Source: an uncultured Planctomycetales bacterium
Lineage (GTDB): Bacteria > Omnitrophota > Gorgyraeia > Gygaellales > Profunditerraquicolaceae
DNA: 64,000 nt
NCBI GenBank assembly: GCA_964545575.1
Contig: CAZJFL010000003.1
Span: forward strand, 55,000 to 118,999
Direction: 5' to 3'
Part shown: positions 18,301 to 26,936 of the stretch, piece after piece
Position numbering within the stretch: the stretch's first letter is position 1
Layout of the letters: every line of letters starts with the position of its first letter
Made by a program: the position numbers and the translations under genes
The notes under the pieces: generated by a model
What the model was told of the DNA's origin: nothing
What the model saw: the letters and a program-made list of their open reading frames with translations, nothing else
Databases searched by the model: none

Positions 18301-19933
18301 CGTACTTTCCACCATGGACCACTTCAATAATCTCAGGGTTGAGGTTATGGCTATCCCGGACCAAGACCTCGTCAATATTATGGATATTGGAAGGTATGCT
18401 GATATACCAGGGTTTCCCGAGTTCGGAAGCATAAAGCTTGATTGTATCTGCGGGAGTGCCCTGGATAGTAGTTAAACCCTCAAAAGTATAGGTTTTTCCG
18501 GATTCAAAATAGATTTCCTTGCCCGGGATAGTGCAATTAAAGTTATAAAAGGTGATATTGCCGTATAAATAGGTAGGCTCCTGCCCTAAAAGAGTGACTT
18601 TATTCGCCTCTAAGGTAAGATTAGTATCTTTATTATAGATTATCGCGCCGAAGCCATCTGGCGGGCCGCGCAGCATAATACTGGTTCCGATTCCTAAACT
18701 ATCTAAGATATTAATATCTCCTTGAGTTCTGTTTATATAGATAAGCGCTGCATCTATCACTAAAGGCGCATCTATTGTTCCGAATTGCTTGGCAAATATT
18801 TTAACCTGATTGGCCTGAATAATTACCCCGGGAGCGGTGTTTATCGGAGGATCCCCTTCGTAAGTCACCGGGTCCTCGGGAAGGATGACTTCCACTTTCT
18901 CTGCATTAATGGTGATGAGCTTATCCGCCATGATCAAACCACCCTGTAAAAGGTTGACTGCCTGGATACTGATGAGATCATCAAAACCTTGGGAAGCTTG
19001 AGTGATTATATTGCCTTTATTAATGAAATCTGTACCTTGGGCGTTGACTTCTATCTTACCTGCTTCTAATCTGCCGCTATTAATTATGGGCGCACCCGCG
19101 GCTACCAGTTCAATTACGCCATTACGGTTAACCATATTATTTGCCTGAATTAAGCCCGTATTATTAATCGCATAATCAAAGACGCCATTTAAGACACTAG
19201 CCGTTAAAATAACTTTGCCGCCGTTGGCAGAGATTGTTCCTGAATTTTTAAGCGCAGAATCAAATCCGGAAATGGCTTCTTTTACCGGCCCGTCAACGAC
19301 TACCGAGATTGACCCTAAATTATCCAAAGCTAAGGTCATCTTCTCACCCGAAGCCAAAACCACCGTTCCTAAATCCGCCAGAATTAACCCTTGATTATCT
19401 ATTGCCCCGGATAAAAGGCAGATATATCCGCCCGGACTTCTGATTTGGCCCTGATTGACAATATAACCGTTTCCGGCACCCTTCTTGTAAAAATCATACT
19501 TACCATTTAAGAAATCATCATTAGAAATATCTAAGGTTGAAGCAAGTAATCCGGCAACATCTACCCTTGAATTTGGCCCGAATAAGATTCCGTTAGGATT
19601 AATAATAAAGATGCGTCCGGTAGCAGTTAAAATACCAAAGAGGCTGGAAGGATCAATACCCGTTACCCGGTTTAAGGCAATGCTTGAGGAAGAAGGCTGA
19701 ATAAAATGCACTGCTTCAGCTTGAGCAATAGAGAAACTGTTATAATTGACGATGAGTTTGTCTGAAGTGGTGCTGATAGTCAAGGTTTCTGCGCTTGTGC
19801 GGTCAAAAGTAGCCGAACCGCTGACTACGCTTTCGCCTTCAGGCAGACACCAAATAAATGAGGAACTGCCTAATACTATCAGGCTCGCCAAAATCAAAAT
19901 CAGAGAACCTTTAAAGAGGATTGTTTTTTTCAT
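15359..19933 (-). CDS. Large TpsA/filamentous haemagglutinin-like exoprotein (1524 aa from the likely start)
   Basis: Signal peptide then LPEG..V..G, NRVTG, IFIINPNGILFG (TPS secretion domain); beta-helix-like C-terminal repeats. Confidence 0.85.
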   Translation of the reverse strand: MKKTILFKGSLILILASLIVLGSSSFIWCLPEGESVVSGSATFDRTSAETLTISTTSDKLIVNYNSFSIAQAEAVHFIQPSSSSIALNRVTGIDPSSLFGILTATGRIFIINPNGILFGPNSRVDVAGLLASTLDISNDDFLNGKYDFYKKGAGNGYIVNQGQIRSPGGYICLLSGAIDNQGLILADLGTVVLASGEKMTLALDNLGSISVVVDGPVKEAISGFDSALKNSGTISANGGKVILTASVLNGVFDYAINNTGLIQANNMVNRNGVIELVAAGAPIINSGRLEAGKIEVNAQGTDFINKGNIITQASQGFDDLISIQAVNLLQGGLIMADKLITINAEKVEVILPEDPVTYEGDPPINTAPGVIIQANQVKIFAKQFGTIDAPLVIDAALIYINRTQGDINILDSLGIGTSIMLRGPPDGFGAIIYNKDTNLTLEANKVTLLGQEPTYLYGNITFYNFNCTIPGKEIYFESGKTYTFEGLTTIQGTPADTIKLYASELGKPWYISIPSNIHNIDEVLVRDSHNLNPEIIEVVHGGKYGSIVGWHLDPEWVGAGGFPPGDGIFWSDPLNWNPQIPPDGQDIIFNTTSDDTIMNMPGLTINSLIITSGFSGSITLAGGLNINGPYSQDSGEVNCGSFTLAVGGSFILNSGAIFNAQSSNISVGGNFTLSEAATFDPGNSLVTFNGGSTPTITPGGHPFYDVIISNPIGLVGPLEAARNINVNASITVTGTDFIFVADSDYNGDGDFTQANGTSITVATSGDIKIFGHNVILGVPGTYNLNAAGSVYISASGSIYCIGGGASSVITGGQDVNLHASLNITCGTITATGGKIYVYADNNVTVAQANASTATTGAVYLYADYDQNKTGTLSNNILINSPNIYLKKAQLFNIDGSFLGFLINNTGVLSLYSTNGNITVAVGARISGRNNIYLYATGDITVNADIISDNAVGGHVYLYADQDKDKAGQLYIGGVGTKIDAAYAYLQGAGFQGTGSFTIDGSFLGFLTSNTQLLSITSTAGNITVTTDISRTQGIYLYGAENITVGVGGPVALSVTSGSGKIYVYAAYGDSVGAISGQISYTLGTFNAANIYFQGAQNFTIDLTFLNKLAYSGGAADVLSINALKAEVAATGDITVTTAISRNTGIYLYAAGILTLNPLSATAITAPCAYLLADNDKDGSGALNLNNKYVEAAKIYLQSAPDGAAIMFIDAAFLGFLINNTGVLSVCSTNGDITVSAPIARNDGVYLFAAGTLTVNRTTISTNDTINGAIYLYADNDKKGSGSLTFITPPTIMVTAPYIYLQGANPTGFTLSALLPRLSNYSGGLGITSTAAAGTIVVDSQLSGLTAIYILAYGDVTLNQSIAADKIYLYANYDKSGGGSLTLNNTATSSYIYLQSADSLTANTSFLSHFIGNKGLAITSTGGSITLTGGFSFGPHDWISLYAAGSISLEAVGITTIDRLYLHAGGLISFLDADIFDNTRIDVYSGVGFSFLDANSRMDLGSDYSKIIFPGYKLLVGDEDHWYLR
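16262..17246. repeat. Internal repeats of the adhesin, including an identical 40-bp pair
   Basis: acttaaaacgccggtgttgttgattaaaaagccaaggaaa at 16262-16301 and 17207-17246; the protein repeat F.IDG.FLGFL.NNTG.LS..ST.G.ITV recurs. Confidence 0.85.
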
Positions 19934-19978
19934 CTTCTTTTCCCTAATGGTAATGCCTATCATTTATTATCCTTCAAT

Positions 19979-20014
19979 AAAAAAGCCCACTCTGTATCCT
20001 ACTAGAATGGGCTT
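19979..20014 (-). terminator. Intrinsic terminator (riboswitch expression platform)
   Basis: AAGCCCAUUCU-10 nt loop-AGAGUGGGCUU followed by a U run, between the aptamer and the adhesin start. Confidence 0.8.
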
Positions 20015-20033
20015 ATAGTTTTTTATTGCTTTG

Positions 20034-20124
20034 TTTCGGCAACTGACTGCCATACCCCATCTTAGGGGGTTTAGGCTCTAGAGTTTTGCGCCCCATCCTT
20101 TCGGATAGTTTACCTTTATCGTCT
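20034..20124 (-). ncRNA. c-di-GMP-I (GEMM-I) riboswitch aptamer
   Basis: GGUAAACUAUCC-GAAA-GGAUGGGGCGCAAAAC...CCUAAA...UAUGGCAG..AGUUGCCG matches the Vc2-type consensus (GAAA tetraloop, CGCAAA, tetraloop receptor). Confidence 0.9.
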
Positions 20125-20133
20125 TACATATAA

Positions 20134-20162
20134 AGTATAACAGCTCTTGTGCAACTTGTCAA
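20134..20162 (-). promoter_or_regulatory. sigma70 promoter for the riboswitch-adhesin transcript
   Basis: TTGACA-17 nt-TATACT with TG extension, ending about 10 nt before the aptamer. Confidence 0.8.
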
Positions 20163-20193
20163 CTTACACATCACTGTATTTTAGAGGCACATG

Positions 20194-20287
20194 CCCCGCC
20201 CTCTGCGGGGATGTCCCTAAACCTATCGGTACCTTGCCCTAAATGATGGGCAAGTATCCCACCGCCTGTGGGAATGGTTTATGCACC
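20194..20287 (-). repeat. Nested palindromic repeat element (family A)
   Basis: taaaccat[tcccac-aggcg-gtggga tacttgccc-atcattta-gggcaaggta]ccgataggttta plus hairpin ccccgc-cctct-gcgggg. Confidence 0.65.
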
Positions 20288-20379
20288 CTGCAATTCAAAA
20301 AATTAACCAAGAGATAAGCTGCCTAATCTATTGACTTGGAGCTCTTAATATGCTATTTTATGGGCTAAAGGAGAAACTT

Positions 20380-22065
20380 ATGAACTGGAAAAAAACAAAA
20401 TTCCTCTTTTCTCTATACTGGATAAAAATAACCGTTATTTCCGTAATAATTATCCTCTTGATAACAACGGTAATTATCGTTTCTTCGGGAATGCGCGCGT
20501 GGAACGAATCAGAATCGTACCTGCGTCAATCCCAGCTTGCGATGATGCCTCTGCAGATGTACATGTGGCTTATCATGGGATTAGTCCAGGCAGTAGTTTT
20601 TACCTACATGTATTACTGGATGTTCTTTAAAAAGGGGGCGAGCGGTTTCACTCAATCTCATAAAAAATCAATTGCCGGACAGGATATCGGGATCAAGTGG
20701 ACTGATGTCATCGGCATGGATGAAGCAAAACAAGAGGCGCTGGAAGTGGTTAAACTGATTAAAGACCGCGCGGAACTGCAGCGTATCGGCGGAAAAATAT
20801 TACGCGGAATCTTAGCGCTTGGGCCGCCGGGTTGCGGAAAAACCTATCTTGCCAAGGCGATCGCCACGGAAGCAGGCATGCCTTTCATCTCTATGTCCGG
20901 TTCGGAGTTCGTAGAGATGTTTGTGGGTGTGGGTGCCGGCAGAATCCGCAGTCTATTCAAAAAGGCGCGCCAATTAGCAGAATTAGAAGGTGGATGTATC
21001 ATCTTTATCGACGAAATAGATGCGGTAGGCGCACAACGCGCTGCCGATCCCGGATTCGGAGGGCAAACCGAAACCAACACCACCTTAAACCAGTTGCTGG
21101 TAGAGATGGACGGCCTGAAAGAAAAAGACGTAAATGTGGTCATCATCGGTGCTACAAATATGCCGGAAGCCTTTCTGGATGCAGCCCTGCTTCGCCCGGG
21201 GAGATTCGACCGTAAGCTCTACGTAGATAAGCCTAGCCTCGAAGACCGGGAGAAATTATTCGCTTATTATCTGGGAAAAGTCAGATACGATACGAATGAC
21301 GTAAAGATCGACCGCCTGGCGCGCATAACCGTCGGGCAAAGCCCGGCAGACATTGCTAATATCGTCAGGGAAGCGGCATTAATAGCCGTGCGCAATAAAC
21401 GCACCGCTATCGGCATGAAAGATATCGACGATGCCCGCGAAAGGATCGCCTTAGGCATCAAGCGTAGAATAAAGATGACCGAAAAAGAAAAATGGCAGGT
21501 GGCTTATCATGAGGCAGGACACGCTATTGTTACCTATATGCTCGTGCCTTCCAAAGACGTCTTTAAAATTACTATCACTCCCCGCGGGCATACCGGAGGA
21601 GCGACCTGGATCCCCGAGCGCGAAGAGACATTTATCGAGGACCAGAAACAACTTTTAAGCGAAATCAAAATTGCGCTCGGCTCTTATGCTGCGGAAAAAA
21701 TAAAACTCGGATTTACCACCTCCGGGGTAGGGGGTGATTTTGCCAATGCCCTCTATACCGCTCACAATATGGTCTGGCGTGTGGGGATGGGAAAATCGGG
21801 ATTAATCGGAGATTTTCACGCCCTGGATTTTTATCGGCGTATGGGCGGCACTGCCACACCCATATCCGAAGAAACCAAAAGCCGTTTAGACCGCGACGTG
21901 CAGGAGATAATGCAAGGTTGCTTGCAGGAAGTAACGGAATTATTAAAAAAAGAAGAGCCCCTACTTGACCGCCTGGCAAAAGAGCTGATCCTTAAAGAAG
22001 AACTTAATTATGACGAAATCGAGGCCATTTTTAAAGAGTTCGGCAAAGTGCGGCCTTCTGCTTAA
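20380..22065 (+). CDS. ftsH: FtsH ATP-dependent zinc metalloprotease
   Basis: GPPGCGKT, FIDEID, LLRPGRFDR, HEAGH; AAGGAG SD before ATG 20380. Confidence 0.9.
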   Translation: MNWKKTKFLFSLYWIKITVISVIIILLITTVIIVSSGMRAWNESESYLRQSQLAMMPLQMYMWLIMGLVQAVVFTYMYYWMFFKKGASGFTQSHKKSIAGQDIGIKWTDVIGMDEAKQEALEVVKLIKDRAELQRIGGKILRGILALGPPGCGKTYLAKAIATEAGMPFISMSGSEFVEMFVGVGAGRIRSLFKKARQLAELEGGCIIFIDEIDAVGAQRAADPGFGGQTETNTTLNQLLVEMDGLKEKDVNVVIIGATNMPEAFLDAALLRPGRFDRKLYVDKPSLEDREKLFAYYLGKVRYDTNDVKIDRLARITVGQSPADIANIVREAALIAVRNKRTAIGMKDIDDARERIALGIKRRIKMTEKEKWQVAYHEAGHAIVTYMLVPSKDVFKITITPRGHTGGATWIPEREETFIEDQKQLLSEIKIALGSYAAEKIKLGFTTSGVGGDFANALYTAHNMVWRVGMGKSGLIGDFHALDFYRRMGGTATPISEETKSRLDRDVQEIMQGCLQEVTELLKKEEPLLDRLAKELILKEELNYDEIEAIFKEFGKVRPSA

Positions 22066-22912
22066 TATATTAGTTATCGCCTTTCTATTCTCGGGTTGTT
22101 CATCATCTACCGCGCCTACCTACCTTAAAGAAAATATCCCCCAGGCAATCCAGAACATCTGCAAAGAAGAATATAAGTTTGATATCCGGGCCAAGTTAGT
22201 AGGAGAAACTCTCTGGCTTTACCTTCCGGTTGAAGATATGTTTACGGCACTGGATAAAAAAGATAAGGCCGATAAATACCTGGATAGATTTAACATCGAG
22301 GAGAATAAAAATACGCTGGAAAAAGGAGAATTAAAATTAGAATACAATATTAAAGAAATCCCCGAAAAAGAGAAATACCAGGAATATAATTACAATAAAA
22401 AAGTTGCCGAGCAGATAAACAACGTAATTATGGTTTTGCGGCGCGTAGTCTTAAGCCTGGACCGCTCTAAAAAGGATGAACCGAAGTTTTATTGCCTGGT
22501 GGTTGCGGATATCAAAAACGGCTTCCAGATGCAGGAGATAATGTACTATGCTGACTTAAGAAAGGTATCTTACGGGTTTATCTCTATCGGTGAATATCAG
22601 CACCGCACTACGCAAGACTTGGTTATAGAACCGAAGGCGATCGGCGATAAGAAAGGGTTCTATCTTGATTACAGGAATCTTTCTTTAGCTGATTTTATTC
22701 TTGCCCAGATAGGGCAACGCATAAAATTAAAATTCAGCAAGCCGGAAGTAGAAAAGAATGCTGATATCGATAAGGAAATCATCAAAATAGTTGCCTACAC
22801 CATAAAAATTTACGGTTTTAAGGATTTCCAGACCCTGGAATTAAACAACCTGGCAACAGGCAAAAAGACTAGCTTTAATACTGCGGCGATTTGGGCGAGG
22901 CCTACGGAATAA
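22010..22912 (+). CDS. Hypothetical lipoprotein
   Basis: Hydrophobic stretch ending in lipobox FSG-C; overlaps the ftsH 3' end; start uncertain. Confidence 0.65.
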   Translation: MTKSRPFLKSSAKCGLLLNILVIAFLFSGCSSSTAPTYLKENIPQAIQNICKEEYKFDIRAKLVGETLWLYLPVEDMFTALDKKDKADKYLDRFNIEENKNTLEKGELKLEYNIKEIPEKEKYQEYNYNKKVAEQINNVIMVLRRVVLSLDRSKKDEPKFYCLVVADIKNGFQMQEIMYYADLRKVSYGFISIGEYQHRTTQDLVIEPKAIGDKKGFYLDYRNLSLADFILAQIGQRIKLKFSKPEVEKNADIDKEIIKIVAYTIKIYGFKDFQTLELNNLATGKKTSFNTAAIWARPTE

Positions 22913-23510
22913 CCTTTACTATCCTTCCCTCTGTTTTTAACTTACCTTCCAGAAATAATCTTAGGGCTTCGGGATAAAGCTTATGTTCAACTTTGTGAAT
23001 TTTAGCCTCTAAACTCTCTAAGGTATCGGATTCTTCTATTCTTACCGGCGCCTGAAGGATAATCGGGCCGTGGTCGGTCTTTTCATCCACAAAATGCACC
23101 GTGACACCCGTAACTTTTACGCCGTATTCGAAAGCGTCCTTTAACCCGGCGGCACCTTTAAAAGAAGGAAGCAGCGCCGGGTGGATATTGATAATTTTAT
23201 TTCTATAGCTATTGATCAGGTCGCTTCCTAAAACGCGCATAAAGCCGGCCAAAATCACCAGATCAATTTTATTTTCTTCCAGGCGCCGGATAATTTCTCT
23301 TTCAAATTCCTGCCTGCTGGCAAAATCTTCTCTTTTGATCAGGGCGATTTTTACGCCGGCGCGTTTTGCCTTGGCTAATACCGGAGCCTTAGGGTTGTCA
23401 GAAACCAATAAAGACAGATTAGCCTTGACCCTGCCGCTTTTTACGGCGCGGGCAATTGCCGAAAAATTCGTCCCTCTACCGGAGGCAAAAACCGCAATAT
23501 TGCTCATCAT
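22902..23510 (-). CDS. purN: Phosphoribosylglycinamide formyltransferase
   Basis: FASGRGTNF, LAGFMRVL, NIHPALLPSFKG, VTVHFVD. Confidence 0.95.
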   Translation of the reverse strand: MMSNIAVFASGRGTNFSAIARAVKSGRVKANLSLLVSDNPKAPVLAKAKRAGVKIALIKREDFASRQEFEREIIRRLEENKIDLVILAGFMRVLGSDLINSYRNKIINIHPALLPSFKGAAGLKDAFEYGVKVTGVTVHFVDEKTDHGPIILQAPVRIEESDTLESLEAKIHKVEHKLYPEALRLFLEGKLKTEGRIVKVIP

Positions 23511-24292
23511 CTGGTCCTTATCGTTTTCATCGGGCAGACCTTAATGCACTCCCCGCAGGAAGTACACTTATTATAATCTATAACTGCTAAATTGTCTATT
23601 ACATGTATGGCATCGGCAGGGCAGGCCTTCTCGCAAAGCTTACAGGCAATACAGCCTACGGAGCAGACGGCTTTGGTATCTTTACCGGAATCATGGGAGC
23701 TGCAGGCAACATAAACTTTAGACGTCACCGGGACCAGGGCGAATAATTTATTGGGGCAGATGAGCACGCATTTATTGCAAGCTTTGCATTTCTTAGGGTC
23801 GACGACGGGTAACTCTTCATCAGACATCTTCAGGGCGCCAAAGGGGCAGACTTTAACGCAGGTGCCAAAACCTAAACAACCCCAAACGCAATTCTTTGGC
23901 CCGCCTAAAACTAAATGCGCAGCTACGCAGTCGTCTATTCCCTTATATATAAACCTATTCCTTACTCTCCTGCCGCCTGCGCAATAGAGGGTTGCGATTT
24001 TTCTTACCCTCTTTTCTAATGATTCGCCTAATATTTTGGCGATTTGCTCCTTTGTTTCCTCCCCGGCCACGCGGCAGGCGTCGGGTAAAAACTTTCCGGA
24101 AAGCAGGCCTTCGGCAAAACCAAAACACCCTGCCCCTCCGCAGGCGCCGCAGTTTGAGCCAGGCAGCAACCCGTGGATCTGCTCTAAGCGCGGATCAATC
24201 TTAACCGCTAACTTTCTGGAGGCAATGGCCAGGCCTACGCCGAATGCCAAACCTAAAAACCCCAAAGTCAAAATTGGAATTAAAATATCCAT
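23507..24292 (-). CDS. rnfB: Rnf complex subunit B (polyferredoxin)
   Basis: LPGSNCGACG and several CxxCxxCxxxCP clusters. Confidence 0.92.
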   Translation of the reverse strand: MDILIPILTLGFLGLAFGVGLAIASRKLAVKIDPRLEQIHGLLPGSNCGACGGAGCFGFAEGLLSGKFLPDACRVAGEETKEQIAKILGESLEKRVRKIATLYCAGGRRVRNRFIYKGIDDCVAAHLVLGGPKNCVWGCLGFGTCVKVCPFGALKMSDEELPVVDPKKCKACNKCVLICPNKLFALVPVTSKVYVACSSHDSGKDTKAVCSVGCIACKLCEKACPADAIHVIDNLAVIDYNKCTSCGECIKVCPMKTIRTR

Positions 24293-24900
24293 TAGAACCT
24301 GAATCCGTTAAATCCCATAAAACTTAAGCTCATAATCGAAGCGATGATAAAGGCAAGGGGGAATTCTTTTACCGCCTGCGGGACATCGCAGAGGTCAAGC
24401 CGCTCTCTGATTCCGGACATCAGGAGCATCGCCAGGGTATAGCCTAAGCCTACGCAGATACCCTGAAATAGCGAATAGATGAAGCTTCCCGGGACGGCTT
24501 TACCTTTTACAAAAAACATATCCGAGTTTAAGACTGCTACCCCTAAGACAGCGCAGTTGACGGTGATCAGCGGCAGGTATATCCCGAAAAATCTATACAT
24601 CGGCGGGCTGATTTTCCTGATGACCATTTCGACTAACTGCACAAAGGTAGCGATGACCAGAATAAAAGAAATGGTGCGCAGATACGTCAGCCCAAAAGGG
24701 ATAAGCAGAAATCTATAAATCGCCCAGGTAATGATGGAGGCCATGGTGGTCACAAACATGACCGATAAACTCATCGCCAGGGCGGGCTTCGTTTCCTTAG
24801 AGATAGCGATGAAAGAACACAAGCCCAGAAAACGGGAGAGGATAACGTTATAGATAAAGACTGCGGAAATAAAAATAGTCAGCAATTGCGCGGGATTCAT
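24292..24900 (-). CDS. rnfA: Rnf complex subunit A
   Basis: FLGLC, YLPLITVNCAVLG, GIRERL. Confidence 0.93.
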   Translation of the reverse strand: MNPAQLLTIFISAVFIYNVILSRFLGLCSFIAISKETKPALAMSLSVMFVTTMASIITWAIYRFLLIPFGLTYLRTISFILVIATFVQLVEMVIRKISPPMYRFFGIYLPLITVNCAVLGVAVLNSDMFFVKGKAVPGSFIYSLFQGICVGLGYTLAMLLMSGIRERLDLCDVPQAVKEFPLAFIIASIMSLSFMGFNGFRF

Positions 24901-25490
24901 GTTTTCCTGTTTTTTAAAAGGTTAAAAAATCCCAATAACAGGCCGATGACTAAAAGCGCGCCTGATGGCATGCCTAAGACAAATACCGGCTCAAAACCTT
25001 TGAATATACCATGCCCTAAAAGTTTTCCTGCCCCTAAAAATTCCCTGATCCCCGAGATCAGTAGAAGCGCTAAGGTAAACCCGACACCCATGCCTAAACC
25101 GTCGAGCAGAGAATTTAAGACACTGCTTTTCTGAGCAAAGGCCTCGGCGCGGCCTAAGACGATGCAGTTCACCACGATTAAAGGCACATAAATTCCCAGC
25201 GCGCGGTCTAAGACAGGGCTGTAAGCCTTCATGGTCATCTCGGCGATAGTAACAAAGGTGGCGATGACTACGATAAAACAAGGGATACGGATCCTATCCG
25301 GAATAAAATTCTTTATTAGCGAAATAATAATGTTGGAACCTAAGAGTACGAAGGTCGCGGCTATCCCCATGCCGATACCGTTGATTAAAGATACCGAGAC
25401 TGCCAGCGTCGGGCATAAGCCCAAAGCCAGGACAAAAGTGGGATTCTCTTTAATGATCCCTTTTGTAAATTCGGCGAAATATTTTTTCAT
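24897..25490 (-). CDS. rnfE: Rnf complex subunit E
   Basis: ENP..LGLCPTLAV, PLIVVNCIVLGRAEAFA. Confidence 0.93.
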   Translation of the reverse strand: MKKYFAEFTKGIIKENPTFVLALGLCPTLAVSVSLINGIGMGIAATFVLLGSNIIISLIKNFIPDRIRIPCFIVVIATFVTIAEMTMKAYSPVLDRALGIYVPLIVVNCIVLGRAEAFAQKSSVLNSLLDGLGMGVGFTLALLLISGIREFLGAGKLLGHGIFKGFEPVFVLGMPSGALLVIGLLLGFFNLLKNRKT

Positions 25491-26422
25491 CTTGTTCCGT
25501 AAACCCTGTTTTTGGTGTAGCGGTCGATGATCGGTGTGGCGGCATTCATCATTAGGATGGCATAAGAGACGCCTTCCGGATACCCTCCCCAGAGGCGGAT
25601 AACCGCAGTCAAAATACCGCAGCCGATGCCAAAAATAATCTGGCCTTTTCGGGTCAAGGGAGAAGTAACGTAGTCCGTAGCCATAAAAAACGCCCCCAGG
25701 ATCAGGCCGCCGGATAAAATATGGAATAGCCAGTCTCCGCTAAACAAGGCTTTTCCCGCAAAGACGTAAACGAATATTCCTGTGGTAGCGATGTATGTTA
25801 CGGGTATATGCCAGGATATATAGCCCCGGATTAAAAGAAAGGCTGCGCCCAGAAGCAGCGCTAATATACAAACCTCTCCGATGCAACCGCCGCGTTTACC
25901 TAAAAATAAATCTAAATAAGAAATATTCTCTAATATTTTACCTTCCCTGAGCGCTGCTAAGGGGGTAGCCTGGGTTATGGCATCAAAGGGCTTGGTAAAG
26001 GCAGTCATATACTTTGGCCAGGAAGCCATGAGAAATACGCGGCCCACTAAAGCCGGATTAAAGATATTCTGGCCCAGCCCGCCAAAGATTTGTTTTCCAA
26101 TGGCAATGGCAAAGAAGGAACCCGCGATAGGAAGCCAAAACGGCACTTTCGGCGGCAGGTTATAAGCCAGCAATAAGCCGGTGAGAATTGCGCTACCGTC
26201 AAAGATGGTTAATTTTCTTTTGGTTAATAGCTGTAAAACTCCCTCCGTAATTACCGCGGCAGAGATGCCTAAAATAATTACCCAGAGAGCGCTCTTTCCA
26301 AAGATCCATATCCCGGCAATACCCGCGGGGATTAAGCTAAGTACTGCCAGCCACATGATTTTACTGGTAGACTCCTTAGTATGTATGTGCGGGGAAGTAG
26401 AAACTATAAAGTTATTTTGCAT
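25487..26422 (-). CDS. rnfD: Rnf complex subunit D
   Basis: SPH, KQIFGGLGQNIFNPAL, ITQATPL (FMN Thr), FMATD. Confidence 0.93.
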   Translation of the reverse strand: MQNNFIVSTSPHIHTKESTSKIMWLAVLSLIPAGIAGIWIFGKSALWVIILGISAAVITEGVLQLLTKRKLTIFDGSAILTGLLLAYNLPPKVPFWLPIAGSFFAIAIGKQIFGGLGQNIFNPALVGRVFLMASWPKYMTAFTKPFDAITQATPLAALREGKILENISYLDLFLGKRGGCIGEVCILALLLGAAFLLIRGYISWHIPVTYIATTGIFVYVFAGKALFSGDWLFHILSGGLILGAFFMATDYVTSPLTRKGQIIFGIGCGILTAVIRLWGGYPEGVSYAILMMNAATPIIDRYTKNRVYGTR

Positions 26423-26936
26423 TTTTCAGTATACCCTCTAAATCTTGCGCTCTCTTTTTTACGGCATCTATCACTGCCCGGGAAGAAATCGTAGCTCCGG
26501 TAATGGCCTGCACTTCGCTTAAGCCCGGGATGTCTTTGCCGCTAAATTGAGCGGCAAATTTCGAATCCGCAACGTTAGCCCCCAGCCCCGGGGTTTCATT
26601 TTGGCTTAGTACCTTTATAGCGGTGATTTTTCCGTCCTTGGCCATGCCTACCATAGTCTCAACGATACTAGAATAGCCTTTACCCGCAGCCTTAAAAGCC
26701 AGGCCGATTAATTTTCCGTTTTTATCATGGGCCTTGTAATAAAGGATGTCGTTACCGGATTTTACGGCCTCAAAATGCTCGGCGAGGGGCATTACCTCTT
26801 TGAGGCTGGCCTCTTCCTCTGCCTCTGCCTGCGCAAGGATGCGGGATTTAGTCAAAACATTCACTCCTGCCAGAAGCCCGCTTGCCACCACGCAGATTAC
26901 CGCCAAGATAAAACCATAACGGATCATTTCTTTCAC
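26412..26936 (-). CDS. rnfG: Rnf complex subunit G
   Basis: ETPGLG, ITGATISS (FMN site). Confidence 0.92.
   Translation of the reverse strand: MKEMIRYGFILAVICVVASGLLAGVNVLTKSRILAQAEAEEEASLKEVMPLAEHFEAVKSGNDILYYKAHDKNGKLIGLAFKAAGKGYSSIVETMVGMAKDGKITAIKVLSQNETPGLGANVADSKFAAQFSGKDIPGLSEVQAITGATISSRAVIDAVKKRAQDLEGILKNAK

Noticed and set aside
15359-19933. CdiA contact-dependent inhibition toxin
   Set aside because: No VENN/pre-toxin motif, no evident C-terminal toxin domain, no downstream immunity gene and no adjacent cdiB.
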